A DNA stretch of 64,000 nt from Candidatus Kapaibacterium sp. (GTDB lineage: Bacteria > Bacteroidota > Ignavibacteria > Kapaibacteriales > UBA2268). Below, in pieces: positions 9,701 through 18,329 of the stretch (position 1 is the first letter of the stretch; each line of letters begins with the position of its first letter). The stretch is from the NCBI GenBank assembly GCA_963665665.1, contig OY762428.1:3040001-3104000 (forward strand). Direction: 5' to 3'. Made by a program: the position numbers and the translations under genes. The notes under the pieces were generated by a model. The model made no database searches and was not told where the DNA came from. It was given only the letters and a program-made list of their open reading frames with translations.

Positions 9701-9737
9701 TCAACCTTAACAGCTGAATATAATTCTTATAATTAAG

Positions 9738-9771
9738 AAAAGAACCCCGGGGCAAAGCCCCGGGGTTTTTT
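9738..9771 (+). terminator. Rho-independent terminator
   Basis: AACCCCGGGGC-AAA-GCCCCGGGGTT followed by TTTT. Confidence 0.9.
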
Positions 9772-9870
9772 AATTTGAATAAGGATAAATATTTATGAAT
9801 ATGCATTCTGATCTGTACACATCAACTTATATTGTGCAATATGCTGTATTCATTATCATCTTTAATTTTT

Positions 9871-10111
9871 ATTACTGTTCAGCAAATATAATATTATTCT
9901 GTTTTTTTATAAATAAGGTTTCTACTCAGGTTGGTAAAATATATTGCTGTTATTGAAGAAAAATACAGAGAAATGTCATTCTGACCGAGCTAGCGAGGGA
10001 AGAATCCATCTTTTTCTTAAAGAATTATTGAAGAATGGATTCTTCGCTGGCGCTCAGAATGACCGCTTTATACAATTTTTCCAGATTTTCAAAGTTCAGC
10101 TGAATAGTAAC
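9871..10111. mobile_element. MITE-like element containing a REP-like palindrome (9974-10063)
   Basis: Terminal inverted repeats ATTACTGTTCAGC / GCTGAATAGTAAC; internal GTCATTCTGA...GAAGAATCCAT...ATGGATTCTTC...TCAGAATGAC; a related inverted copy lies at 45727-45930. Confidence 0.65.
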
Positions 10112-10190
10112 AAAAAAGAATATGATTGCTGTGAAAGACTTAACTGTCTCTGGCTGTAAAAATAATTATTTTTGCAGGAAGGCGAATTTT

Positions 10191-10727
10191 CTATACTATC
10201 TGAATTTTATCCGAAAAAGGAAAATAATCGGAGACGGGCGGAGTGAAAGCATATAAACTCAGGCTGGTTATATCGAAATTCTGTGTTATAAAATCCAATA
10301 TGAAGTCTACTGTTTTATCCGGAGAAAATGAAGTGAAAATTTCTGAAACCTGTATAAGTATACAATTGTTTTTTTGGATAACTTCAAGTTTAGCGCCAAT
10401 CCTTTGAATCATATCAATTACATCTGCCGGACACAATGATGCACATAATCCGCAGCCTTCGCATGAGTATTCATCAACACAATAGCATAGGCCACGATTG
10501 TCGATTGCTGAATAATGACATTTTTCATAACATATATTGCAATGAAGGCATTCATCTCCGTTGATCATGGCAATTTCTTTACCCGGAATTTCATTGCTGC
10601 ATTTTTTACCTGAAAATTGGACGGGATTATAAAAATCCAGGTTGACAATTATACCCCCACCTGATAAACATTCGGCTTTTATGAAATTATCGACATTTTC
10701 AGATGCGATATGTTGGAATCTCATCAT
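10191..10727 (-). CDS. 2x[4Fe-4S] dicluster protein, similar to the ferredoxin insert of MinD-like COG1149 proteins
   Basis: CLHCNICYEKC and CEGCGLCASLCP motifs; ATGA overlap with the upstream gene at 10724-10727. Confidence 0.75.
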   Translation of the reverse strand: MMRFQHIASENVDNFIKAECLSGGGIIVNLDFYNPVQFSGKKCSNEIPGKEIAMINGDECLHCNICYEKCHYSAIDNRGLCYCVDEYSCEGCGLCASLCPADVIDMIQRIGAKLEVIQKNNCILIQVSEIFTSFSPDKTVDFILDFITQNFDITSLSLYAFTPPVSDYFPFSDKIQIV

Positions 10728-11497
10728 TGACTTATGCATCCCGGGCCGGTAAAAATTTCAAAAATATTTTTTGCCAAAGTATCGGAAGGTTCATTTGCAC
10801 TTAGTAATTTTGAAAACGAATCGATATTGATGTCCCGGCTGTGTTCATTCGTGGAAGATATCAATATCGATAATTTCTCGAAGCTTCTGTTAATCCTGTT
10901 CAACTCTTTAAGTATTGGTGGTATAAGCTTGTTAATCAGAAAAATACTGCCAATTGTTTTTGATGAAAGAAGAGCATATAATTCAGGGTGGTAATTAAAA
11001 ACTATTATTGCATTTCCTTCAATGTTGTTTAAAATATTCCGGAGTTTATCTGACAATATTTTATAATTACTAATATTCTCGATTGTTTCGAATTCAAATA
11101 CATTCAATTTATTTGTATTACAATATTTCTTTATTATTGCTTTTTTTCTGAAATCAGAATGTAGTGCTCCTTCAGGACATTTCTCGATGCACAATCCACA
11201 TGATGTACATTTGTTGTAATCAATTGAATGAATGTTTTTATCTTTATCTGTCTTAATGGCTCCATATATGCAATCCTGCGAGCAGTTCCCGCACATAATA
11301 CAAAGGTCGTGGTACAATTCAGGAGTGGGATATCGAATTGGGATAAGCTCATCGTCAAATAAAACATCTTTGTCCGGATAAATTATATCCGTACCAATAT
11401 AAATAATTGAGGAAATATCAGCTATACCATGCAGGGATTTAATCAATTCTCTTGCAGGCCTGACGGCATCTCTGGTATAGTTCAACGAAAAAATCAT
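10724..11497 (-). CDS. 2x[4Fe-4S] dicluster protein, degenerate COG1149-like
   Basis: CIMCGNCSQDC and CTSCGLCIEKCP motifs; no Walker A; start moved to the first ATG. Confidence 0.75.
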   Translation of the reverse strand: MIFSLNYTRDAVRPARELIKSLHGIADISSIIYIGTDIIYPDKDVLFDDELIPIRYPTPELYHDLCIMCGNCSQDCIYGAIKTDKDKNIHSIDYNKCTSCGLCIEKCPEGALHSDFRKKAIIKKYCNTNKLNVFEFETIENISNYKILSDKLRNILNNIEGNAIIVFNYHPELYALLSSKTIGSIFLINKLIPPILKELNRINRSFEKLSILISSTNEHSRDINIDSFSKLLSANEPSDTLAKNIFEIFTGPGCISQ

Positions 11498-11529
11498 ATT
11501 ATGTAGCAACTATTTAATAAAATATAGGA

Positions 11530-11742
11530 TTATTGATACTTTAAAGAAGTATTATGAAGGTCAATATCCATTACTGATTTTTTAAGTATTGTGCAAATAT
11601 ACTTGCAATCACAATCTTTTGCCCGGTTATCCCGGCAAACACTTACTAAGGCATTCAGCACTTCCAATATTTTATCTTCAGTGATACCATCAAGCATCCT
11701 TTCGATATCAGAAAATTCCATTTCATTAATATTTGCTTTCAT
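11530..11742 (-). CDS. Small Cys-containing hypothetical protein
   Basis: 70 aa, GAGGTG RBS, C-x7-CDCKYIC cluster, co-oriented with the Fe-S pair. Confidence 0.6.
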   Translation of the reverse strand: MKANINEMEFSDIERMLDGITEDKILEVLNALVSVCRDNRAKDCDCKYICTILKKSVMDIDLHNTSLKYQ

Positions 11743-11850
11743 CGGACACCTCGAATATAGATTATAAAATCATCAATATATTGCAAAAGCAATGGTATTA
11801 ATATATAATAAAAAAAATGAAAATTATTACAAATTCTATTGCACTTTTAA

Positions 11851-11880
11851 AAAAAGCCTCCTTGTAACCGGAGGCTTTTA
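11851..11880. terminator. Terminator hairpin downstream of the LRR gene
   Basis: AAAAGCCTCC-N8-GGAGGCTTTT with A/T tails on both sides. Confidence 0.75.
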
Positions 11881-11898
11881 AAAATAATATGTTTAAGA

Positions 11899-13335
11899 TC
11901 AAAATGACAATTTAATGTTTGGCATTTTCTTGTGCAGCTTTTCCTTTTCTTCATCTGAAAAATCATTTTTCCTGAGTTTAAGAACTTTCAGTTGCGGCAA
12001 TGAAGTAATACCATCCGGAATTGTTTTCAACCTGTTGTTATCAAGATAAATAACAGATAAATTAGGAAGTTTACTTATTTCAGGGGCAACAGTTTCAATA
12101 ATATTTTGAGTCATTTTTAATGTTTTCAAATTTGGAAGGGTAGAAATAGCTGATGGCAGTTCTTTCAACTTGTTACCCGAAAGGTCCAGCATTTCCAAAT
12201 TTTTCAGGGAGGAAATTTTTGGGTTTATCTGTGAAATTTCATTAGTCCTGGCATTAAGCATATTAAGATTTTTTAGCAGAAATATTTCATCCGGGAGATT
12301 ACTTAAATTATTTTTTGATATGTTTATTCGTATCAGCGAACTTATTTTGGAAATTCCCTTTGGTATAATGCCGTCTTTCATATCAGCTACATCCATGTCT
12401 CTTAATGATTTGAGATTTCCAATGTTTTCAGGCAGGGTTTTAATCGATGTCTGGGAAATATTCAAGTTTTTCAGAGTTGAAATATTTCCGAATTCTTTCG
12501 GAAGTGTTTCAATAGGGTTCGAACTGATATCTATAATAGAAAGATTCTTGCATTTGGCAATATTACCGGAAATACTTTCGATTTCATTTTTGCTCAGATT
12601 CAGGTTTGCCAATCCCTGAATATCAGATATTTGATCAGGAACTTCATGGACATTATTTTTTTCCATGTCGAGTGTTCGCAGGCTGCTCATCTTGTAGCAT
12701 GCACCGGGAATACTGTCGAAATTGTTATTTTCAATTTTCAATGATGACAGATTCTGTAAAGATGCCATAGATTGGGGGATATCCGACAATTCATTTTTTG
12801 CAAGTTTAAGCTCTTTCAATGCAGTGATTTTTGAAATATCGGGATTAATATCTTTAATCGCATTTTTTTCAAAATCAATTTTTTCAAGCCACGGCATTTT
12901 GGTTAAAACTTCAGGAAATTCAGAAAAATTATTTGAAGAAAGATCCAATATTTTTAAATTTTTCATACTGGCAAAATTTGCAGGGATCTTTGAAATATTA
13001 TTTTTTCCAAGGTCAAGTCTTTCAAGCTTAACAAATTTATCAATGAAATCAGGTATAGCTTCAATTTTTTTTCCTTTTAATTTAAGCCTTGTCAGGGTGG
13101 CTGCATCCTTAAGAGCATCTTCAAAACTATTATAATTTTTGCGAGCCATAGGGCCGTCTTTGCGCTTACTCCTGATAAGCTTACGTTGTTTTTTTCTTTC
13201 TTCCCTGTTTTGTTTTACTTTTTCTTTATAGTTTTTCAAAGAAGTAGCTTTTTGTTCCTGTCCGGCAAAAACATTATTAGTAAAAGTTCCTGCAAGAAGG
13301 GATAAAGCTGTCAACAATAATATAAGGGATTTCAT
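11899..13335 (-). CDS. Secreted leucine-rich repeat protein
   Basis: About 17 LxxLxLxxNxLxxLP repeats; signal peptide from MKSLILLL (ATG 13335, TGAGGA RBS); basic coiled N-terminal region. Confidence 0.9.
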   Translation of the reverse strand: MKSLILLLTALSLLAGTFTNNVFAGQEQKATSLKNYKEKVKQNREERKKQRKLIRSKRKDGPMARKNYNSFEDALKDAATLTRLKLKGKKIEAIPDFIDKFVKLERLDLGKNNISKIPANFASMKNLKILDLSSNNFSEFPEVLTKMPWLEKIDFEKNAIKDINPDISKITALKELKLAKNELSDIPQSMASLQNLSSLKIENNNFDSIPGACYKMSSLRTLDMEKNNVHEVPDQISDIQGLANLNLSKNEIESISGNIAKCKNLSIIDISSNPIETLPKEFGNISTLKNLNISQTSIKTLPENIGNLKSLRDMDVADMKDGIIPKGISKISSLIRINISKNNLSNLPDEIFLLKNLNMLNARTNEISQINPKISSLKNLEMLDLSGNKLKELPSAISTLPNLKTLKMTQNIIETVAPEISKLPNLSVIYLDNNRLKTIPDGITSLPQLKVLKLRKNDFSDEEKEKLHKKMPNIKLSF

Positions 13336-13396
13336 TTTAGTCCTCATCAAAATTAAAAGTAAGTTAAATAGATAACACATATTATACAATAATAAT

Positions 13397-14896
13397 TTAA
13401 TTTTTTCTTTTATCAATGGCAAAAACTTTTTCCGTAATTCTTGATAATCTTACGAAAGGCAGGCCAATTAATAAATACACCGCAGCTATCATTATTCCGA
13501 TACCGAAGTAATCGTAGTATGTGGCAGCAAGCCTGCTGTATAGTTTTGTCAATTCAACTAAAGTTATGACGGACACAAGGGAAGAATCTTTCAACAAAGA
13601 AATAAAATCATTTGTAATTGGTGGTATAACCAGCCTGACAGCCTGCGGAAGGATAATGTGCCTGAGGGATTGATATTTTGTCATTCCAAGGGAAATAGCC
13701 GCTTCGGTTTGCCCTCTTGGTACAGAATTCAGCCCTGCACGATAATTCTCAGCCTCGTAGGCTGCATAGTTCAGCCCAAGCCCGATAACTGCCGCCATAA
13801 ATGGAGATAATTTGATTCCTATTGTAGGGAGTGCGTAAAATATAAATATCAATTGAATCAGAAGCGGGGTTCCCCTGATAATTTCGATATAGCTAACAGC
13901 AAGCCAGGAGAAAGGAGCCGGGGCATATACACGGGTTAATGCAAGGAACAGTCCGAATAGTATAGCAAGGATCATGGCAAAAATCGAAATCCCGAGTGTC
14001 ATCAATGCAGCTTCCCCGATCAAAGGAAGAAAGCCAATGTATTGATGCAATTTTACACTGAAATTTACTTCGTTTCCCTGTGATGCAACAAACCTGTCAA
14101 ATTCTGTAGGTGAAATATCAACTTCATCATGATCGTTGAAAAATAATTTCATCTTATAATTCCACAGGTTCCATTTGCCGTAGATTTCCCTTAGCTGTCC
14201 GCTGGCTGCAAGTTCATATATGGCTTTGTTTACTTTGTTAAGTAGAACTGTGTCTTCCTTTCGAAGTGCAATCCCATATTCTACATCACCAACGGGCGGC
14301 CCTACAAGTTCAAATTCAGGATTCCAGGAGCAATAATAAAGTGCTATGGGAGCATCAACAAGAGCTATGTTTATTCTGCCGTTAATCATATCGGTGAAGG
14401 CATTCACTTCGCCTTCATAGGTAAGAACATCAATATCACCTTCATCAAGAAGTATTCTTTCGGCAAGTGAATTTTTTAGGCATCCCACGGTTTGGCCATT
14501 AAGGTCATCGAGGGAATTTATTCCCTGTGTCCCCCTGACAACAACGATTTGCTCGTATGTTTTGTAGTAGGGTATCGAAAAACTTACTACTTTTTCTCTG
14601 TCGCCCGTTATTTCCAATCCGTTCATGGCAGCATCGTAATTCCCGCTTTGCAATCCCGGAATTAGTCCGTCCCACTGATTTTGGATAAATACAGCTTTCA
14701 TACCCATTTGCGCGGCAATAGCATTAGCAATGTCAACTTCAAAACCAATATTCTTAGATAATATCGAAGGGTCCTGAAAAATATAAGGTGCGTTCCCTTC
14801 TGCGTCGGCAGCCCAGCGGAACTCAGGCAACTCTTGTGATTTTAATGAAGAAATTGCAAAAAGTGTCAGGAATAATATTTTCAGGATTGAATTCAT
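13397..14896 (-). CDS. Polar amino acid ABC transporter, fused substrate-binding and permease subunit
   Basis: GFEVDIA/WDGLIPGL binding domain; RGTPLLIQL and EAAISLGMT (EAA) permease motifs. Confidence 0.92.
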   Translation of the reverse strand: MNSILKILFLTLFAISSLKSQELPEFRWAADAEGNAPYIFQDPSILSKNIGFEVDIANAIAAQMGMKAVFIQNQWDGLIPGLQSGNYDAAMNGLEITGDREKVVSFSIPYYKTYEQIVVVRGTQGINSLDDLNGQTVGCLKNSLAERILLDEGDIDVLTYEGEVNAFTDMINGRINIALVDAPIALYYCSWNPEFELVGPPVGDVEYGIALRKEDTVLLNKVNKAIYELAASGQLREIYGKWNLWNYKMKLFFNDHDEVDISPTEFDRFVASQGNEVNFSVKLHQYIGFLPLIGEAALMTLGISIFAMILAILFGLFLALTRVYAPAPFSWLAVSYIEIIRGTPLLIQLIFIFYALPTIGIKLSPFMAAVIGLGLNYAAYEAENYRAGLNSVPRGQTEAAISLGMTKYQSLRHIILPQAVRLVIPPITNDFISLLKDSSLVSVITLVELTKLYSRLAATYYDYFGIGIMIAAVYLLIGLPFVRLSRITEKVFAIDKRKN

Positions 14897-14897
14897 A

Positions 14898-15755
14898 TTA
14901 AATGTCCACTCGTATGTTCAGATAATCCCTTGTTCTTTTGTCACGAGGATTCGAGAAAATGGTTTCGGCGCTTCCTGTTTCAATAATCTGTCCGCTTTCC
15001 ATATATGCTACTCTGTCCGATATGTTTTTTGCAAAATCAATAGCATGAGTTACGATCACTTGTGTCATTCCTTCTTCATGAAGGTTTTTCATTACTTCTG
15101 TAAGCTCTCCTATCAGTTCGGGGTCAAGGGCTGATGTTGGCTCATCGTAAAGCATTACCATGGGGTTCATTGCAAGTGCCCTTGCAATAGCAACTCTTTG
15201 TGCCTGTCCGCCTGATATCTCTGTGGGGTAACGGTCGGCAAAGCGTTCCATACCAACTTTTCTTAAAAGGTCGAAAGCATTATCGCTGGCATCCTTTTTA
15301 TTTTCTCCCTTCACAATAAGCGGCGCTACCCGTACATTTTCAAGAACTGACAAATGAGGAAAAAGATTTAATCCCTGGAACAGCATTCCCACCCGCGACC
15401 TAACCAAACATGCTTTCTCGTCGAGTTCAGAATGCCTTCTGCTGCTCAGCTTTTTGTCAGGAATAACATAAGCTATTTTATTCATTATTTCCCTGATCAT
15501 GTTATCCTGTTTCTTTTTTTCATCACATTTATCCCTGTCCAGTGTGATGCCGTCAATCTCTATACTTCCTTTGTCAGGTATTTCCAGGCAGTTCATGCAC
15601 CTGAGCAAAGTGGTTTTGCCGCAGCCGCTTCTTCCTATAATTGATAATAATTCGCCTTTTTTTATTTCCAGTTCAAGGCCTTTTAAAATATGATTATCAT
15701 TAAAATATTTATGAAGGCTGGTGATTTTTATTAAATTTTCTGAAATAAAAGCCAT
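14898..15755 (-). CDS. Amino acid ABC transporter ATP-binding protein (GlnQ-like)
   Basis: GRSGCGKTT, ISGGQAQRVAIARAL, DEPTSALDPE. Confidence 0.92.
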   Translation of the reverse strand: MAFISENLIKITSLHKYFNDNHILKGLELEIKKGELLSIIGRSGCGKTTLLRCMNCLEIPDKGSIEIDGITLDRDKCDEKKKQDNMIREIMNKIAYVIPDKKLSSRRHSELDEKACLVRSRVGMLFQGLNLFPHLSVLENVRVAPLIVKGENKKDASDNAFDLLRKVGMERFADRYPTEISGGQAQRVAIARALAMNPMVMLYDEPTSALDPELIGELTEVMKNLHEEGMTQVIVTHAIDFAKNISDRVAYMESGQIIETGSAETIFSNPRDKRTRDYLNIRVDI

Positions 15756-16037
15756 TTTTTTTACAGATTAAGATTTTATTAATATCGTATAGTTAAGTAT
15801 CAAATAATTCCCGTGATTTTTCCATACGGAATATATTAAATTTCTCCGTATAATTATAAAAAAAATATTTTGAAGTATAATTTTTGTAACAATATTGCGC
15901 AAAACAGTAGTATTCCTTTGGAAATTAAAATGGATAATACTAAATTATTTTTAGGGATAATAAGTATTTTTTGAAATATTACCAAATCTTCATATTTTTA
16001 TCAACATAATTGAATTGTTTTTCAAAAAGGGATTACA

Positions 16038-16271
16038 ATGAGTTTTAAATACAAAAAACCAGAATTGAAAGTATTAAATGATGATTCGATGTTATTTTGT
16101 AATAACGGAACATCGGCTCAAGCTGTCGGGCCGTCATATCAATGTATATCAGGAACTTCAGTCAATCCGGTACTTTGCACCGACGGTAGCACAAATGACG
16201 GGGTTTTTGTTCAGTGCGACAGCGGTGGATCTGCATTTGGTTTTGCCTGCGCAGTCGGCGGAACAGATTAA
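16038..16271 (+). CDS. Candidate RiPP precursor peptide 1 (YKKPEL leader, 5x CxxG)
   Basis: 77 aa; every Cys is in CxxG (CNNG, CISG, CTDG, CDSG, CAVG); first gene of the rSAM cassette. Confidence 0.85.
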   Translation: MSFKYKKPELKVLNDDSMLFCNNGTSAQAVGPSYQCISGTSVNPVLCTDGSTNDGVFVQCDSGGSAFGFACAVGGTD

Positions 16272-16368
16272 TCAGCTTTGATCATTGTAATAAATATTGA
16301 CCAATGTTATAAAATATTTTGTGTATAGATAATAAAACAGCGTGAAAAAAGTTTGAAATTAAGAATAA

Positions 16369-16403
16369 AGCCGTATTTGAATGTTACGGCTATTTTTTTT
16401 TTT
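16369..16403 (+). terminator. Internal terminator or attenuator after precursor 1
   Basis: AGCCGTA-N9-TACGGCT followed by an 11-nt T-run. Confidence 0.65.
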
Positions 16404-16459
16404 ATTAAATTATATGTTTAAAAAGTAGTAATGTATTTACAACAATAAATGAGGCAGAA

Positions 16460-16744
16460 ATGGCAAACAACCCTATTGCAAACCCGATGATAGTTCACAG
16501 GGTGGAGGATGATGACTGGGCGGTTCTATTTGATCCCGACGCTAACGAAACTTACGCTCTCGATCCTGTTAGTTCTTTTGTGTGGCAATTATTGGACGGT
16601 AAGCACAGCAAGGAAGAAATTCTGGCAAAACTGGAAAAAGAATGTGAGGATGGAATTCCCGAAGAAGCTGCAACAGACCTGGATGAGTTTCTTACAGAAC
16701 TGGAAGCAAAAGCTCTTGTTGGATACGAGCAGGCAATTGGTTAA
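16460..16744 (+). CDS. scmD: PqqD-family RiPP recognition element (SynChlorMet ScmD-like)
   Basis: 94 aa; AVLFDPD..TYALDPVSSFVWQLLDGKHS..EIL...DLDEFLTELEAKALV is the PqqD winged-helix pattern; GAGG RBS. Confidence 0.88.
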   Translation: MANNPIANPMIVHRVEDDDWAVLFDPDANETYALDPVSSFVWQLLDGKHSKEEILAKLEKECEDGIPEEAATDLDEFLTELEAKALVGYEQAIG

Positions 16745-16746
16745 TT

Positions 16747-17880
16747 ATGAAAATTGAACGCACTCCTAAAAGCCTTGACCTTGAAATTACAAGCAAGTGC
16801 AACCTAAGGTGTTCTTATTGCTCTCACTTCAATAGCGAAGGTGATACCGATACCGATTTAAGCACTGATGAATGGCTGCAATTCTTCGAAGAGCTGAAAG
16901 AATGCAACGTTATGGATGTTACTCTTTCTGGTGGCGAACCATTCATGAGAAAAGATATCCGTATCCTGCTTGACGGGATAATAAAAAATAGAATGAGGTT
17001 CGGATTTCTTACGAATGGTATTCTTTTTAATGATGACCTGGCTGAATATATTAAAACAACAGGCCGATGCAACAGTATCCAGGTTTCAATCGACGGCCCC
17101 GGCCCTGAAATTCATGATGCTTCGCGTGGTAAGGGAAGCTTTGAAAAAGCAATCGCCGGGCTTAAAACGATAATGAGACACGGCCTTCCTGCCACGGTAC
17201 GTGTTACGATAAACAAGCACAACTATAAAAAACTTCCTGAAATAGCTGAAATGTTGCTTGAAGAAGTAGGGCTTCATTCATTTTCAACAAACGCAGCTTC
17301 TCATCTCGGGCTTTGCCGTACTAATAAAGACGATGTTCAGCTTGGTGTGGAAGAATATACTGAATCAATGCAGACGATATTTACACTTGTTGAAAAGTAT
17401 GGCAACAGGATAAATGCCCAGGCAGGCCCTCTTGCATCAGGCAAGCAATGGATGGAAATGGAAAAAGCCCGGCAGAATAATTTAGATAATCTTCCCGGAT
17501 GCGGATATCTTACAAGTTGTGGCGGGATTTTCGCAAAAATGGCAATTCAGGCTGACGGATCAATGGTACCGTGTTCGCAGTTGCCGCACATGAAACTTGG
17601 TAAGGTCAACGTGGACAGCCTTGCAGATGTATGGCTGAATCATCCTGAGCTTAAACGCCTGCGTGAAAGAAGAGATATTCCGCTTGGTACATTTGACTCA
17701 TGCAAGGGCTGTTCGTATATACCTTATTGCAGGGGCGGATGCCCGGCACTGGCATATACCCTGAACGGAGATGAGAATGTTCCTTCTCCGGAATCATGCT
17801 ACAGGAATTTTCTTGCTGCGGGTGGAAGATTGCCGGTTTTAGATGATAACGAGCCATTTTTTAGTCCGGGATGTTGCTGA
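16747..17880 (+). CDS. scmE: Radical SAM/SPASM peptide maturase (ScmE-like)
   Basis: CNLRCSYC; SGGEPF; SPASM cysteines SCGG...VPC...CKGCSYIPYCRGGCP...SC. Confidence 0.88.
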   Translation: MKIERTPKSLDLEITSKCNLRCSYCSHFNSEGDTDTDLSTDEWLQFFEELKECNVMDVTLSGGEPFMRKDIRILLDGIIKNRMRFGFLTNGILFNDDLAEYIKTTGRCNSIQVSIDGPGPEIHDASRGKGSFEKAIAGLKTIMRHGLPATVRVTINKHNYKKLPEIAEMLLEEVGLHSFSTNAASHLGLCRTNKDDVQLGVEEYTESMQTIFTLVEKYGNRINAQAGPLASGKQWMEMEKARQNNLDNLPGCGYLTSCGGIFAKMAIQADGSMVPCSQLPHMKLGKVNVDSLADVWLNHPELKRLRERRDIPLGTFDSCKGCSYIPYCRGGCPALAYTLNGDENVPSPESCYRNFLAAGGRLPVLDDNEPFFSPGCC

Positions 17881-18026
17881 TGAAAATAAAATTTAGCATC
17901 ACTATCTTAAATATATACCAAACATAAAATACGTTTCCTGGATAGTTTGGTTTAACAGTGGATTAAATATAAATATTGTTTTTTGAATTTGTTCATTACA
18001 GTAAAAATTTTGAAAATTGGATTATT

Positions 18027-18302
18027 ATGAAAAAGAAATTTAGCTATACCAGACCATCGCTATCATCATTGTCAGATGAAATATCTCAATTCTGTAATGT
18101 AGGAACAGGAGCAACTTTAGCTGATACTCCTGCTATTCAGTGTACTGTTGGTGGGGATGCACAGCTGATTTGTGTTGCCGGTACCGGTTTTTCCAGTACG
18201 TATCCACATTGCGCTAATGGCCCTGCTGATTCAAAACTTGCATGTTCAACAGGATCAGGGGACACTAATCCCAGCTGTAATGTTGGCAATTCACCAGTTT
18301 AA
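18027..18302 (+). CDS. Candidate RiPP precursor peptide 2 (YTRPSL leader, 6x CxxG)
   Basis: From ATG 18027: MKKKFSYTRPSLSSL..., then CNVG, CTVG, CVAG, CANG, CSTG, CNVG; lies between the two rSAM genes. Confidence 0.85.
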   Translation: MKKKFSYTRPSLSSLSDEISQFCNVGTGATLADTPAIQCTVGGDAQLICVAGTGFSSTYPHCANGPADSKLACSTGSGDTNPSCNVGNSPV

Positions 18303-18329
18303 TATATTAACAATAAATACTTAATAATT

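Noticed and set aside
9944-10159. 71-aa ORF
   Set aside because: It lies within the MITE/REP element
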